Both the position numbers and the translations under genes were made by a program. The notes beneath the pieces were generated by a model that saw only the letters and a list, made by a program, of their open reading frames with translations, searched no databases and was not told the origin of the DNA. Positions 52,961-61,431 of a stretch of DNA of 64,000 nucleotides are shown piece by piece. The stretch's first letter is position 1. The number at the start of each line of letters is the position of its first letter. This stretch comes from Myxococcota bacterium (GTDB lineage Bacteria > Myxococcota_A > UBA796 > UBA2385), in NCBI GenBank assembly GCA_044344255.1, contig JBIJDH010000025.1, forward strand, positions 31,889 to 95,888, given 5' to 3'.

Positions 52961-53306
52961 ATGGATGCTGTAGTCCCGATGCGCTCCCTCGTTGACGAGG
53001 GCCTCACGGTGCGCCCTCTGTGGGGCGATCCATCGATCGTCTCGGAGCCATTCGCTGTTTCGCTCCGCCCTGCCCAGTCCGATTACCTGGTCGTCGGCTT
53101 ACCTGGTCCTCGGCGAGGGTCACCCGCTCTACTCCCTCGTCATCGGCGCCAATGGTTGCGTGGTCTCGGCGAGCGGGAAGGAGAGCGACTTCCCGGTCAA
53201 CACTGTGCCCTCCTGTGGGAGCGCTCGGCGGATGCGGGTGCAGGTTCTACCACCCAAAGGGGCCTTCGGGATCCTCGATTGGCCCTTCACCTTCGTCCCG
53301 GGGTAG
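52961..53306 (+). pseudogene. small cytoplasmic protein gene disrupted by a 16-bp tandem duplication (+1 frameshift)
   Basis: ATG 52961 has gaagggg upstream. Frame 2 reads MDAVVPMRSLVDEGLTVRPLWGDPSIVSEPFAVSLRPAQSDYLVVG up to 53098. After the duplicated ttacctggtcStcggc (53083-53098 / 53099-53114), the high-GC3 frame switches to that of ORF 52992..53306 (…YLVLGEGHPLYSLVIGANGCVVSASGKESDFPVNTVP…WPFTFVPG*). Removing one copy restores a 110-codon (109-aa) ORF. Confidence 0.5.
53083..53114. repeat. 16-bp tandem duplication (1 mismatch)
   Basis: ttacctggtcGtcggc (53083-53098) followed by ttacctggtcCtcggc (53099-53114). Confidence 0.9.
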
Positions 53307-53322
53307 AGGTGCTGCCGAGCTT

Positions 53323-53369
53323 GAGGTCCACCATGCCCCGCCCCTATTTTCCGCACACCCTCCACGATG
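53323..53369 (+). repeat. copy B of the ~47-bp dispersed direct repeat
   Basis: gaggtccaccatgccccgcccctattttccgcacaccctccacgatg. TTGAGG (53321-53326) then N18 then TATTTT (53345-53350) could be read as a sigma-70-like -35/-10 pair. Confidence 0.8.
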
Positions 53370-53587
53370 TGACCCACGCGGTCGACGGCGGTCTCGGCCT
53401 CGTCGTGGGTGACATGCCCGACGGCTCCATCTGGGTGCTCAAACGAAACCGGAAGGAGCCCGGCTACGTCCTCACCCACTTCCAGGATGCGCAGCGCAGC
53501 GCCGTCCTCTCCACCGAGGTGTTCGGCGAGCGGCGAAGCGCGGTGAACGCGATGGCGGCCGCGATCGGGCTCGACGAGCGCCTCTGA
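53333..53587 (+). CDS. small hypothetical protein (84 aa, or 72 aa from GTG 53369)
   Basis: High-GC3 3' segment of track ORF 52961..53587: (MPRPYFPHTLHD)VTHAVDGGLGLVVGDMPDGSIWVLKRNRKEPGYVLTHFQDAQRSAVLSTEVFGERRSAVNAMAAAIGLDERL. No signal peptide, no recognised domain. Confidence 0.5.
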   Translation: MPRPYFPHTLHDVTHAVDGGLGLVVGDMPDGSIWVLKRNRKEPGYVLTHFQDAQRSAVLSTEVFGERRSAVNAMAAAIGLDERL

Positions 53588-53678
53588 ACCTCGGACCCCA
53601 CGCGGTTCGTTGGTTGAGCCGAGACTTCAGCCCGGCGAGGTGAGGAGTGAAACCGGCTCACCCTGGTCGATGAGCGTC

Positions 53679-54635
53679 TCAGCCCTCCCAGAGGAAGCCG
53701 TCGCTCGACTCGACCACCTGACAGGCGGCCGTCACGCTGAAGGGCGTGAAGACGATGGCCATGTTGCACATCTCGTCGGTGGCGCTGGTGCCGTAATTCA
53801 CCGTCTCTTCGGACTCGTTGACCCAGGTGCAGGAGAACTCGAAGCCCTGGCCGGCCGGCACGAACATCCCCGGGTTGTACTGCTCGATCTTGGGATCGTG
53901 CCAGTCCTCGTTCGTATAGAAGACCTCGCCGGTGGTCGTGCCGTCAAAGGGGGCGATGGTGAACCGCGTGGCCCGGGCGTGGGCGTGAGAGGCGAGGAAT
54001 TGGACCTCGACGTCCTCGTTCATCACGCAGCGGGTCCACTCGGTGGCCTCGCTCGCGGGCGGGAGCACGATGTGCTCGTCGCGGACGCTGCCGCCCCAGA
54101 TGCCGTCCACCACCTCGTCATCGGGGATCGTATAGGCGTTGAGATAGGAGTAGAGCGGCACGTCCTCGCTCGTCGGGTTGACGTAGTGGACCTCTTGCAT
54201 GACCTGGATGCCGGCCGGGAGCTGCGCCGCCACTCCATCGGGCAGGGCGAGGGTGCCCTCGGCGTCGCCCTGGTTGCCGAACATCATCACCATGTCCTGC
54301 ATGATGGAGGAGTCGGCGTAGAGGTCTTCGCAGTCGTAGGTGCCGGGCGCGATCGGCGTCTCGGCGAAGGCCGTGGTGGAGAGGGTCATGTGGTGGGTGC
54401 CGGCGTTCTGCAGGTACTCCACAGAGTTGACGGAGGCGGTGGCCGTGGTGGGCAGGTCATAGACCGAGCAGAGCCAGGTCTCGGCGTTGGCGGGCGCCAG
54501 GCCGAACATCGACACCTGGAATCCTGCGCCCGCCTCTGGGGGCGTGAGGGTGGGGACGTCAGCCTCGGAGCCCTCGCCGGGCTCGGCCTTCTGGCTGTCG
54601 CTGCAGGAGAGGGCGCTGAGGACGAGGAGGATCAT
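53679..54635 (-). CDS. copper type II ascorbate-dependent monooxygenase-like (PHM/DBH-like) secreted or lipoprotein
   Basis: Start at ATG 54635 (MILLVLSALSCSD) in track ORF 53679..55061. H81-H82 (GTHHMTL), H150 (QEVHYVN), H217-x-H219 (ASHAHAR), M289 (TDEMCNM). This is the full CuH/CuM ligand set with PHM-like spacing. Confidence 0.75.
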   Translation of the reverse strand: MILLVLSALSCSDSQKAEPGEGSEADVPTLTPPEAGAGFQVSMFGLAPANAETWLCSVYDLPTTATASVNSVEYLQNAGTHHMTLSTTAFAETPIAPGTYDCEDLYADSSIMQDMVMMFGNQGDAEGTLALPDGVAAQLPAGIQVMQEVHYVNPTSEDVPLYSYLNAYTIPDDEVVDGIWGGSVRDEHIVLPPASEATEWTRCVMNEDVEVQFLASHAHARATRFTIAPFDGTTTGEVFYTNEDWHDPKIEQYNPGMFVPAGQGFEFSCTWVNESEETVNYGTSATDEMCNMAIVFTPFSVTAACQVVESSDGFLWEG

Positions 54636-54747
54636 CGGGACTCCGATCGGCGGGGATGGGGCGGTGCGCGGCCCTGGGAGGGTACCACGCCCCTTCGGTC
54701 GAGCCAGCCTCGACCCCACCGCGCTCGACCTGTGGGATACTCGGCCG

Positions 54748-55911
54748 ATGCTGCCCCACCCCGCCTGTACCCTCCGCGCCGACCTCCCCGGCCGGTCCCC
54801 TTCGGCCTTCGGTTTGTGCTGCCTCGCTCTCGCGGTCGCCTGCAGCGGCGGGTCGGAAGGAGAGAGCGACAAGGGCGCAGGTGACCCGGGCGGAGACAGC
54901 GGGGGCGCCGGCCCGGCCGCCAATTGCACGCCCGTCGCCCCGACGGTCGATCTCGCCGATGGGCTCGCCGGCCACCGCGAGGACAGCGTCACCCACACGC
55001 CGGCCTGGGCCGAGACGCGCACGGTCCCGCTCCACATCTGGTACCCCACCCAGGCCACCACGGGGGAGGCGGTGAACTACCTCGACTTCATGCCCGATCC
55101 CGACAGCCTGGGCGGCGCCTCGGTCGACCTGCCCGCTGACGGCTGCAAGCTCCCCCTCGTGCTCTATTCGCATGGGTACCAGGGCTGGGCCGGCAACGAG
55201 ACCGACGTGCTGCGCCAGTTCGTGCGCAACGGCTGGATCGCCGCCGCCCCTGACCACACCGGCAACACGCTCACGGGCAACGTCGAGCCCGTGCCAGTGG
55301 GCTTCGACCTCACCCGTGTGGCCGACCTCCAGCGGGTGATCGACCACCTCGCCGACCTCCCCGAGGGCGACCCCCTCCGCGGGCGGATCGACACCGACCA
55401 CGTGCTCGTCCTCGGGCACAGCTACGGCGGCCAGACGGCCTGGCTCCTCGCCGAGCCGGACTTCGATCCGGCCCTCGTCGACGCCGAGTGCGCGGGGACG
55501 GAAGGGGGCTGCACCGAGGCCGAGCGCGCGGCCTTCGAGAGCCCCGTCTCCGAGCCGCGGGTGGTGTCGGTCGCCCCCCTCGACGGCGCGGCCAACTCCC
55601 TCGTCTCGGCGAGCGGATGGGCGCGTCGCACCAAGCCCGTGCTCTTCATGAGCCGGGAGAGCGACGACGCCGCCGAAGCCTATGCGCGGGCGGCGGGGGA
55701 GGGGGTCATCTGGATGATGCTCTCGGGCTCCTGCCATGAGTCCTTCACCAGCACCCCGGTGGCCTGTGACCTCTCCAAGGAGGTCAGCCTGCCGATCGTG
55801 AGCGAGTGGCTGCTCGCCTGGGGGGCGACGACGGTGCAGGGGCAGAGCGGCTACGCGGACCTGCTCGCCGGGGACCGCCTCGTCTCCGAGCTCACCGTGG
55901 TCACCCCCTGA
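54748..55911 (+). CDS. alpha/beta-hydrolase lipoprotein (PAF-acetylhydrolase/chlorophyllase-like lipase/esterase)
   Basis: Start at ATG 54748 in track ORF 54487..55911. Lipobox LALAVAC. PLVLYSHGYQGW...GWIAAAPDHTGN is present. Nucleophile elbow is VLGHSYGGQ. Confidence 0.8.
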   Translation: MLPHPACTLRADLPGRSPSAFGLCCLALAVACSGGSEGESDKGAGDPGGDSGGAGPAANCTPVAPTVDLADGLAGHREDSVTHTPAWAETRTVPLHIWYPTQATTGEAVNYLDFMPDPDSLGGASVDLPADGCKLPLVLYSHGYQGWAGNETDVLRQFVRNGWIAAAPDHTGNTLTGNVEPVPVGFDLTRVADLQRVIDHLADLPEGDPLRGRIDTDHVLVLGHSYGGQTAWLLAEPDFDPALVDAECAGTEGGCTEAERAAFESPVSEPRVVSVAPLDGAANSLVSASGWARRTKPVLFMSRESDDAAEAYARAAGEGVIWMMLSGSCHESFTSTPVACDLSKEVSLPIVSEWLLAWGATTVQGQSGYADLLAGDRLVSELTVVTP

Positions 55912-57212
55912 GCCGCCACCTCCGCCAGGGGCCGCCGGGCGCGGGGCGGGGAGCGCTGGGCGGGGCGCTCCTCGCCCTCTCCGTGGCGTGGGCGAGGCCC
56001 GCCGCCGCCACCTGCGAGGCCGCGCGCAGCGAAGAGCCGCAGCGGGCCTTCCTCCTCACGACCTACCGCGGCGAAGGGGCCGAGACGGCGAGCGGCCACA
56101 GCGCCCTCTGGATCTCCGGCGGGGGCCTGCCGAACGGGGTGGTCTTCAACTGGGGGGCCTACGACGGCTCGCAGCCGACCTGGTGGTGGCACTTCGTGAA
56201 GGGAGACCTTGACTTCTGGGCGGCGGACGAGCCCATCAGTAAGGTCTACAAGCGATCGAAGGCCCGGAACCGGAAGATCCTCGCCCAGCGGCTCGACGTG
56301 CCCTCGGGCGACCTCGCCCGCCTCACCCGCGAGCTCGCCCACCTCTCGCTCCCGGAGAACCGGCACTATCGTTACGACTGGTTCACGGCGAGCTGCGCCA
56401 CGAAGACCCGCGACGCGATTGACCGCCTGCTCGGCGGGGCGCTGCAGGCGGCCACGCAGGGTGAGGCCGAGAACACGCGCCGCGACGACATGCTCCGCCA
56501 CATGGACATTTATTATCCGGCCTGGTTCGGATTGAATTTCCTGTTGTCGGGCTATCACGACCGGCCCATCTCTCGCTGGGACGCGATGTTCGATCCGGAG
56601 CACCTCGTGGAGGAGGTCGCGGCGCTGCAGGTGCAGCGCTCGGGCGGGCTCGGCCCCCTCGTCTCCGAGACCTGCACGCTGCGCGAGTCGGACTGGCCGG
56701 CCACCCCGGCCAAGCCGCCCGATCGGCGCCTGGCCCTCTGGGCGGCGGGGGCGGGCGTCGGGGGGCTGCTCTACGGCCTCGGCCGGGCCGGTCAGCGGGT
56801 GGCGGCGCTGCGCTGGGTCGTCGGCGGGCTGGTCGCGGCCTGGGGCCTCCTCGCCGGTGGGCTCGGGCTCGCCGTCCTGGTGATCTGGCTGAGCACCACG
56901 CTCCCCGGCCTCGGCCCCACCGAGGCCTGGTTCCAGGCGAGCCCGCTCACCTTCGGCCTCGTGCCGGCTGGGCTCGCCTTCGCCAGACACGGCGTCGCCG
57001 CGCCGGCCTGGGCAGGGAGGATCGCGCGGGCCCTGCTGGGGCTCGGGCTCCTCGGGCTGGCCCTCGACCCCTTGCCCTTCTTCGAGCAGGAGAACTTCGA
57101 CCTCATCGGCCTGCTCCTCCTCCCGCTGGTCGGGATCGCCGCGCTCTTCGGGCCCTGGGGGCGCGCCGCCGCCGCCGCGACGGCGGTGGCCGGTGAGGCC
57201 CCCGCTCGGTAA
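55908..57212 (+). CDS. DUF4105 (Lnb N-terminal periplasmic domain-like) protein with C-terminal TM helices
   Basis: 3' part of track ORF 55806..57212. SGHSALWISG...VVFNWGAYD, RHYRYDWFTASCATKTRD and a C-terminal Gly/Leu-rich multi-TM region. There is no in-frame ATG/GTG after the upstream stop. The only candidate is CTG 55908, overlapping TGA 55909-55911, so the start is uncertain. Confidence 0.65.
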   Translation: MSRHLRQGPPGAGRGALGGALLALSVAWARPAAATCEAARSEEPQRAFLLTTYRGEGAETASGHSALWISGGGLPNGVVFNWGAYDGSQPTWWWHFVKGDLDFWAADEPISKVYKRSKARNRKILAQRLDVPSGDLARLTRELAHLSLPENRHYRYDWFTASCATKTRDAIDRLLGGALQAATQGEAENTRRDDMLRHMDIYYPAWFGLNFLLSGYHDRPISRWDAMFDPEHLVEEVAALQVQRSGGLGPLVSETCTLRESDWPATPAKPPDRRLALWAAGAGVGGLLYGLGRAGQRVAALRWVVGGLVAAWGLLAGGLGLAVLVIWLSTTLPGLGPTEAWFQASPLTFGLVPAGLAFARHGVAAPAWAGRIARALLGLGLLGLALDPLPFFEQENFDLIGLLLLPLVGIAALFGPWGRAAAAATAVAGEAPAR

Positions 57213-57239
57213 GCTCCGGGTCTCCCTTCGTGAGCTGCC

Positions 57240-58160
57240 TTGCCCCGCCTCCCCCTCCCGCTGTTGCCCCTGCTCATCGCCTGCGCTTCGGCCGAGGGCG
57301 TGGGGGAGCCGCGACCGTCCCTCGCTGAGCCGCTCGTGGCGGTCACTCCCGCAGCCCCGGCGGTCGCGCCAGCCGCTCCGGCGGTGGTGCCTGCGGCCCC
57401 GGTGTTGGTGCCAGCGGCCCCAGCGGTCGAGCCTGCGGCCCCGGTCGCCGCGCCGCCGCCCGCGCCGGTCGCCGCTGCCGTGAGCGCGGGAAAGTGGGTC
57501 CGCCCGACCGAGGCCTCGGTCCCCAACATCGCGCCCGGCGCCGCGACGGCCGGCCTCCCCCCGGTCACGCGCCCGGGCCTCAATCCTGCCATCCTCGACC
57601 TCGTGCAGCACTACCCCCTCGGCGCCGCCAACCCTTACGACTGGAAGCGGGGGATGAACACCGACGGGGTGAGCCGCGACCTCCTCTGGCGCGGGGTGCC
57701 GCTCGCCCTCGCCGCGGGGGACGCGGGCGTTCACTGCTCGGGCATCACCTGGGAGGTCTACATCCAGGCCCTCCGCGACGCCGCCGGAGAGGGCGCCGGC
57801 CCGAGCGCCGAAGAGCTGCTGGCGGTGAAGGAGACCTGGTACATCCGCACCCCCGACGAGACGGGCCCGGTCGGCGCCTTGGCGGGCCATGGCCTCGGCG
57901 CGCTGGTGCCCGACGTCGCCTCGCTCCGCCCCGGTGACATCGTCCAGTTCTGGCGGAACAGCGGGAAGGGGCACAGCGCCGTCTTCATCGAGCACCGGCG
58001 CAACCGCGACGGGTCGATCCGCGGCCTCGTCTACTGGAGCGCCCAGGGCTCGTCAGGGGGCATCGGTCGCCGCATTGTCTCTTTCGGTGAGGACGTCAAT
58101 CAGGTCACCCGCCTCTACGCGGTGCGCGCCACCGCCCCGGCCGCCGCTCCCGCGGGGTAG
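57240..58160 (+). CDS. lipoprotein with Pro/Ala-repeat linker and putative papain-fold (NlpC/P60-like) Cys/His domain
   Basis: TTG start. Lipobox LPLLIACAS. Linker is (PAAPAV)-type repeats. GVHCSGITWEVYIQAL (candidate Cys) and PGDIVQFWRNSGKGHSAVFIE (candidate His) sit in NlpC/P60-like order. Confidence 0.6.
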   Translation: MPRLPLPLLPLLIACASAEGVGEPRPSLAEPLVAVTPAAPAVAPAAPAVVPAAPVLVPAAPAVEPAAPVAAPPPAPVAAAVSAGKWVRPTEASVPNIAPGAATAGLPPVTRPGLNPAILDLVQHYPLGAANPYDWKRGMNTDGVSRDLLWRGVPLALAAGDAGVHCSGITWEVYIQALRDAAGEGAGPSAEELLAVKETWYIRTPDETGPVGALAGHGLGALVPDVASLRPGDIVQFWRNSGKGHSAVFIEHRRNRDGSIRGLVYWSAQGSSGGIGRRIVSFGEDVNQVTRLYAVRATAPAAAPAG

Positions 58161-58189
58161 TCTGCCGGCCTCCGCTCCGAGGCCGCCTG

Positions 58190-61100
58190 ATGCTCCTGCT
58201 CACCCTGCTCCTCCCGCTCCCTGTCGCCCTCTCGAGCGAGCCCGCCCCGGCCTCGCCCTCCAAAGAGGAGAAGTCGGAGAAGGAGGAGCCCAAGTGGGAC
58301 ATCTCGGCGGCGCACGGGCCGGTGCACACCGCCCGCATCGACGTCACCGAGGGCACCTGGATGAGCCTCTCGGCGCACGACGACACGCTCGTCTTCGACC
58401 TCCTCGGCGATCTCTGGACGCTACCCCTGTCCGGCGGAGAGGCCCGGCGCTTGAGCTCGGGCCCCGCCTGGGACTCCGAGCCTCGCTGGAGCCCCGATGG
58501 GCAGTGGATCGCCTTCGTCTCCGACCGCGACGGCAACGAGCAGCTCTGGCGCATGAAGGCCGACGGCAGCGAGGCCGCCCAGGTCACCCACGAGGAGGAG
58601 GCCCGGGTGACCGACCCCGTCTGGGACCCCGCCGGGGACTACCTCATCGGCCGGCGGCGCACCGTCGACACGCGCAGCATCGGCGTCACCGAGCTCTGGC
58701 AGTACCACCTCGACGGCGGCAAGGGCTTCGCGCTCACGAGCCTGGACGAGCACCCCCACGCCGGCGAGGTCACCACGGACGGCCGTTACCTCTGGTACTC
58801 CGATCGCCACGGTCGCTTCGAGTACGGCGGCAACCCGGTCGCCGGCCTGTGGGACGTCTGGCGCCTCGACCGACAGACGGGCCAGGACCTCCCGGTGATC
58901 AGCGGCGCCGGCAGCGCCTTCCGCCCCACCCGCTCGCCGGACGGCAGCCGCTTCGCCTTCGTGTCGCGGGACCGCACGAAGACCCTCCTCGAGCTCTTTG
59001 ACCCCGCCACCGGCCGGCGGACGGTGCTCGCCGACTGGCTCAGCCACGATCAGGCCGAGGGCTTCGCGCTCCACGGGGTCTATCCGAGCATGGCCTGGGT
59101 CGACGGCGGCCAGGCCATCGCGCTCTGGGCGGGGGGCAAGCTCTGGAAGGTGGGCCTCGACGGCAAACGGACGGAGATCCCCTTTCACGCGGCGGGCGAC
59201 TGGACCTTCCACGACGTGCCGCGCCCGGTCCTGTCCACCGCGGACACGGTGCAATCCAAGGTCATCCGCTGGCCGGTGTGGAACCAGAAGGGGGCCCTGG
59301 CCTTCTCTTCTTTCGGTCAGCTCTGGCTGCGGGAGCCCGGGGGGGCCGTCTCCCGCCTCTCCCCGGGCACCGGCTACTCCCCCGCCTGGAGCCCCGACGG
59401 GAGCGCGCTCGCCTGGACCTCTTGGAGGGACTGCGCGGGCGACGGCCGGCCCTGCGGCGGGGCGCTGCACATCACCCGCGGCAAGAAGACCGAGACCCTG
59501 CCCCTCCAGGGCCAGCTCGTGGCGCCGGCCTGGAACGAGGATGGCACCGAGCTCGTCGTGCTCCGGGGGGTGGGCGGCGGCACCAGCCCCGACCTCGGCG
59601 CCGAGCCCTGGTTCGAGCTCGTGCACCTGAAGAAGGAGAAGAAGGGCTGGACGAGCCGGGTGGTGACCTCGATGGTCAATCGCGGCAGCGCCAGCCGAGC
59701 CCCCCACCTCGCGTTGCGGGACGGCCGAGTGTGGTTCCTCGAGGACATGCCGGTGGAGGGGCGGAAGCCGGCGGAGGCCGGGCTCTCCTCGGTCGCCCTC
59801 GATGGCAAGGACAAGCGCACCCACCTCATCTTCAGCGCCGCCACGGAGCTCGTGCCCTCGCCCGACTGGCGGCGGGTGGCCTACAAGGAGGGCCACCAGG
59901 TGCGTGTCACCGCGCTGCCCACCGGGCCCGCGCCGGTGCGGGTGGGCGACGGCGCGCTGCCGAGCCGGGTGTACACAGACGTCGTGGGCGACTGGCTCTC
60001 CTGGACGCCCGACGGCCGCGCTCTGTCCTGGATCTCCGGCGCCACGGTCTATCGCCTCCCCATCCCCGACCTGAAGGAGCCCGCAGATCCGAAGGTGCTG
60101 CCCAAGGCCGAGGCCCTGACCCTCGACGTCTCCCTCCCTCGTGCCCGCCCGGCGGGGGTCACCGCGCTGACGCACGCGCGCGTGATCTCGATGAAGGGCG
60201 ATGAGGTGATCGAGGACGCCACGATCGTGGTGAAGGGGGACCGCATCGAGTCGGTCGTGAAGGGCGGCCCCGCGCCCGCCGGGGCCACCGTGATCGACGG
60301 CACCGGCAAGACCGTCATCCCCGGCCTCATCGACGTGCACGCACACCTGCACTACACCGCCGGCGACATCTTCCCCGAGCAGGAGTGGCGCTACCTCACC
60401 GCGCTCGACTTCGGCGTCACGACGGTGCACGACCCCTCCGCCTCCACCGACCTTGTCTTCACCCAGGCCGAGCGGGTGGCCGCCGGGCTCGAGCGGGGGC
60501 CGCGGGTCTATTCTACCGGCTACATCCTCTACGGCGCCCTCGACGGACAAGGCGCGCCCACGCCCGATCGCGAGGCGGCGCTCCACGCGGTGCAACGCCA
60601 GAAGATCTCGGGTGCGCGCTCGGTGAAGGTCTATCAGCAGAGCCGCCGCGATCAGCGCCAGTGGTACATCGAGGCCTGCGTGAAGGAGGGGATGGTCTGC
60701 GCGGCCGAGGGCGGCGGCGACCTCTTCATGAACCTCAACATGGTGGCCGACGGCATGACCGCCATCGAGCACGCCCTGCCGGTGGCCCCGCTCTACGCCG
60801 ACGTGCGGGCCTTCATGACCGCGAGCCGCAGCCCGGCGACGGGCGCCCTCGGGAGCGCCTACACGCCGACCTTGCTCGTCGCGTATGGCGGCGCCGAAGG
60901 GGAGCATTATTTCTATCAGCACGGCAACCCCCTCAACGACGCCCGTCTGCTGCGGCATCACCCCCGCCGGGAGCTCGACGCGCGCACCTGGCGGCTGCCC
61001 ACCTTCAATCAGGATGACGACTGGAATTTTCAGGAGGTCGCCCGACAGGCGGCCAAGATGAAGCGGGACGGCCTGCTCGTGACCCTCGGGGCCCACGGTC

Positions 61101-61348
61101 AGCTCCAGGGCCTCGGCGCCCACTGGGAGCTCTGGGCCTTGGCCGGGCCGGGCGCGATGACCCCGCTGGAGGCGCTGCGCTCCGCCACCCTCGACGGCGC
61201 GCGCTACCTGGGCCTCGACGCGGAGCTCGGCAGCATCGAGGCGGGCAAATTCGCTGACTTCATCGTGCTCAACGCCAACCCCCTCGACGACATCCGCAAC
61301 AGCACGAACATCGAGCTGGTGGTCAAGAACGGGGAGGCGTGGCGCTGA
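58190..61348 (+). CDS. periplasmic TolB-like beta-propeller region fused to a C-terminal amidohydrolase-superfamily domain
   Basis: Signal peptide is MLLLTLLLPLPVALSS. WSPDG-type propeller repeats (RWSPDGQWIAFVSDRDG, TRSPDGSRFAFVS, AWSPDGSALAW, SWTPDGRALSW). Amidohydrolase motifs are IPGLIDVHAHLHY, MTAIEHA and AGKFADFIVLNANPLDDI. Confidence 0.85.
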   Translation: MLLLTLLLPLPVALSSEPAPASPSKEEKSEKEEPKWDISAAHGPVHTARIDVTEGTWMSLSAHDDTLVFDLLGDLWTLPLSGGEARRLSSGPAWDSEPRWSPDGQWIAFVSDRDGNEQLWRMKADGSEAAQVTHEEEARVTDPVWDPAGDYLIGRRRTVDTRSIGVTELWQYHLDGGKGFALTSLDEHPHAGEVTTDGRYLWYSDRHGRFEYGGNPVAGLWDVWRLDRQTGQDLPVISGAGSAFRPTRSPDGSRFAFVSRDRTKTLLELFDPATGRRTVLADWLSHDQAEGFALHGVYPSMAWVDGGQAIALWAGGKLWKVGLDGKRTEIPFHAAGDWTFHDVPRPVLSTADTVQSKVIRWPVWNQKGALAFSSFGQLWLREPGGAVSRLSPGTGYSPAWSPDGSALAWTSWRDCAGDGRPCGGALHITRGKKTETLPLQGQLVAPAWNEDGTELVVLRGVGGGTSPDLGAEPWFELVHLKKEKKGWTSRVVTSMVNRGSASRAPHLALRDGRVWFLEDMPVEGRKPAEAGLSSVALDGKDKRTHLIFSAATELVPSPDWRRVAYKEGHQVRVTALPTGPAPVRVGDGALPSRVYTDVVGDWLSWTPDGRALSWISGATVYRLPIPDLKEPADPKVLPKAEALTLDVSLPRARPAGVTALTHARVISMKGDEVIEDATIVVKGDRIESVVKGGPAPAGATVIDGTGKTVIPGLIDVHAHLHYTAGDIFPEQEWRYLTALDFGVTTVHDPSASTDLVFTQAERVAAGLERGPRVYSTGYILYGALDGQGAPTPDREAALHAVQRQKISGARSVKVYQQSRRDQRQWYIEACVKEGMVCAAEGGGDLFMNLNMVADGMTAIEHALPVAPLYADVRAFMTASRSPATGALGSAYTPTLLVAYGGAEGEHYFYQHGNPLNDARLLRHHPRRELDARTWRLPTFNQDDDWNFQEVARQAAKMKRDGLLVTLGAHGQLQGLGAHWELWALAGPGAMTPLEALRSATLDGARYLGLDAELGSIEAGKFADFIVLNANPLDDIRNSTNIELVVKNGEAWR

Positions 61349-61431
61349 GGCGCCTGAGTACGGCCTGGCGCCCCCAGGTGAGGTGACGGTGCGAGTTGAC
61401 GGCGGGGGGCGGAGTCTGGGAAGCTCCGCCG

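Noticed and set aside
53287-53306. The frameshifted small ORF ends in ...FTFVPG* (C-terminal Gly), which could suggest a glycine-extended substrate for the neighbouring PHM-like monooxygenase.
   Set aside because: The small protein has no signal peptide while the monooxygenase is exported. The gene is on the opposite strand and apparently disrupted. A terminal Gly alone is not informative in a GC-rich genome.
52992-53306. Track ORF 52992..53306 (TTG start, 104 aa) taken as an intact gene.
   Set aside because: Its first ~35 codons (MTRASRCALCGAIHRSSRSHSLFRS...) look non-protein-like. The alternative frame from ATG 52961 looks coding up to the 16-bp duplication. The frameshift model explains both halves better.
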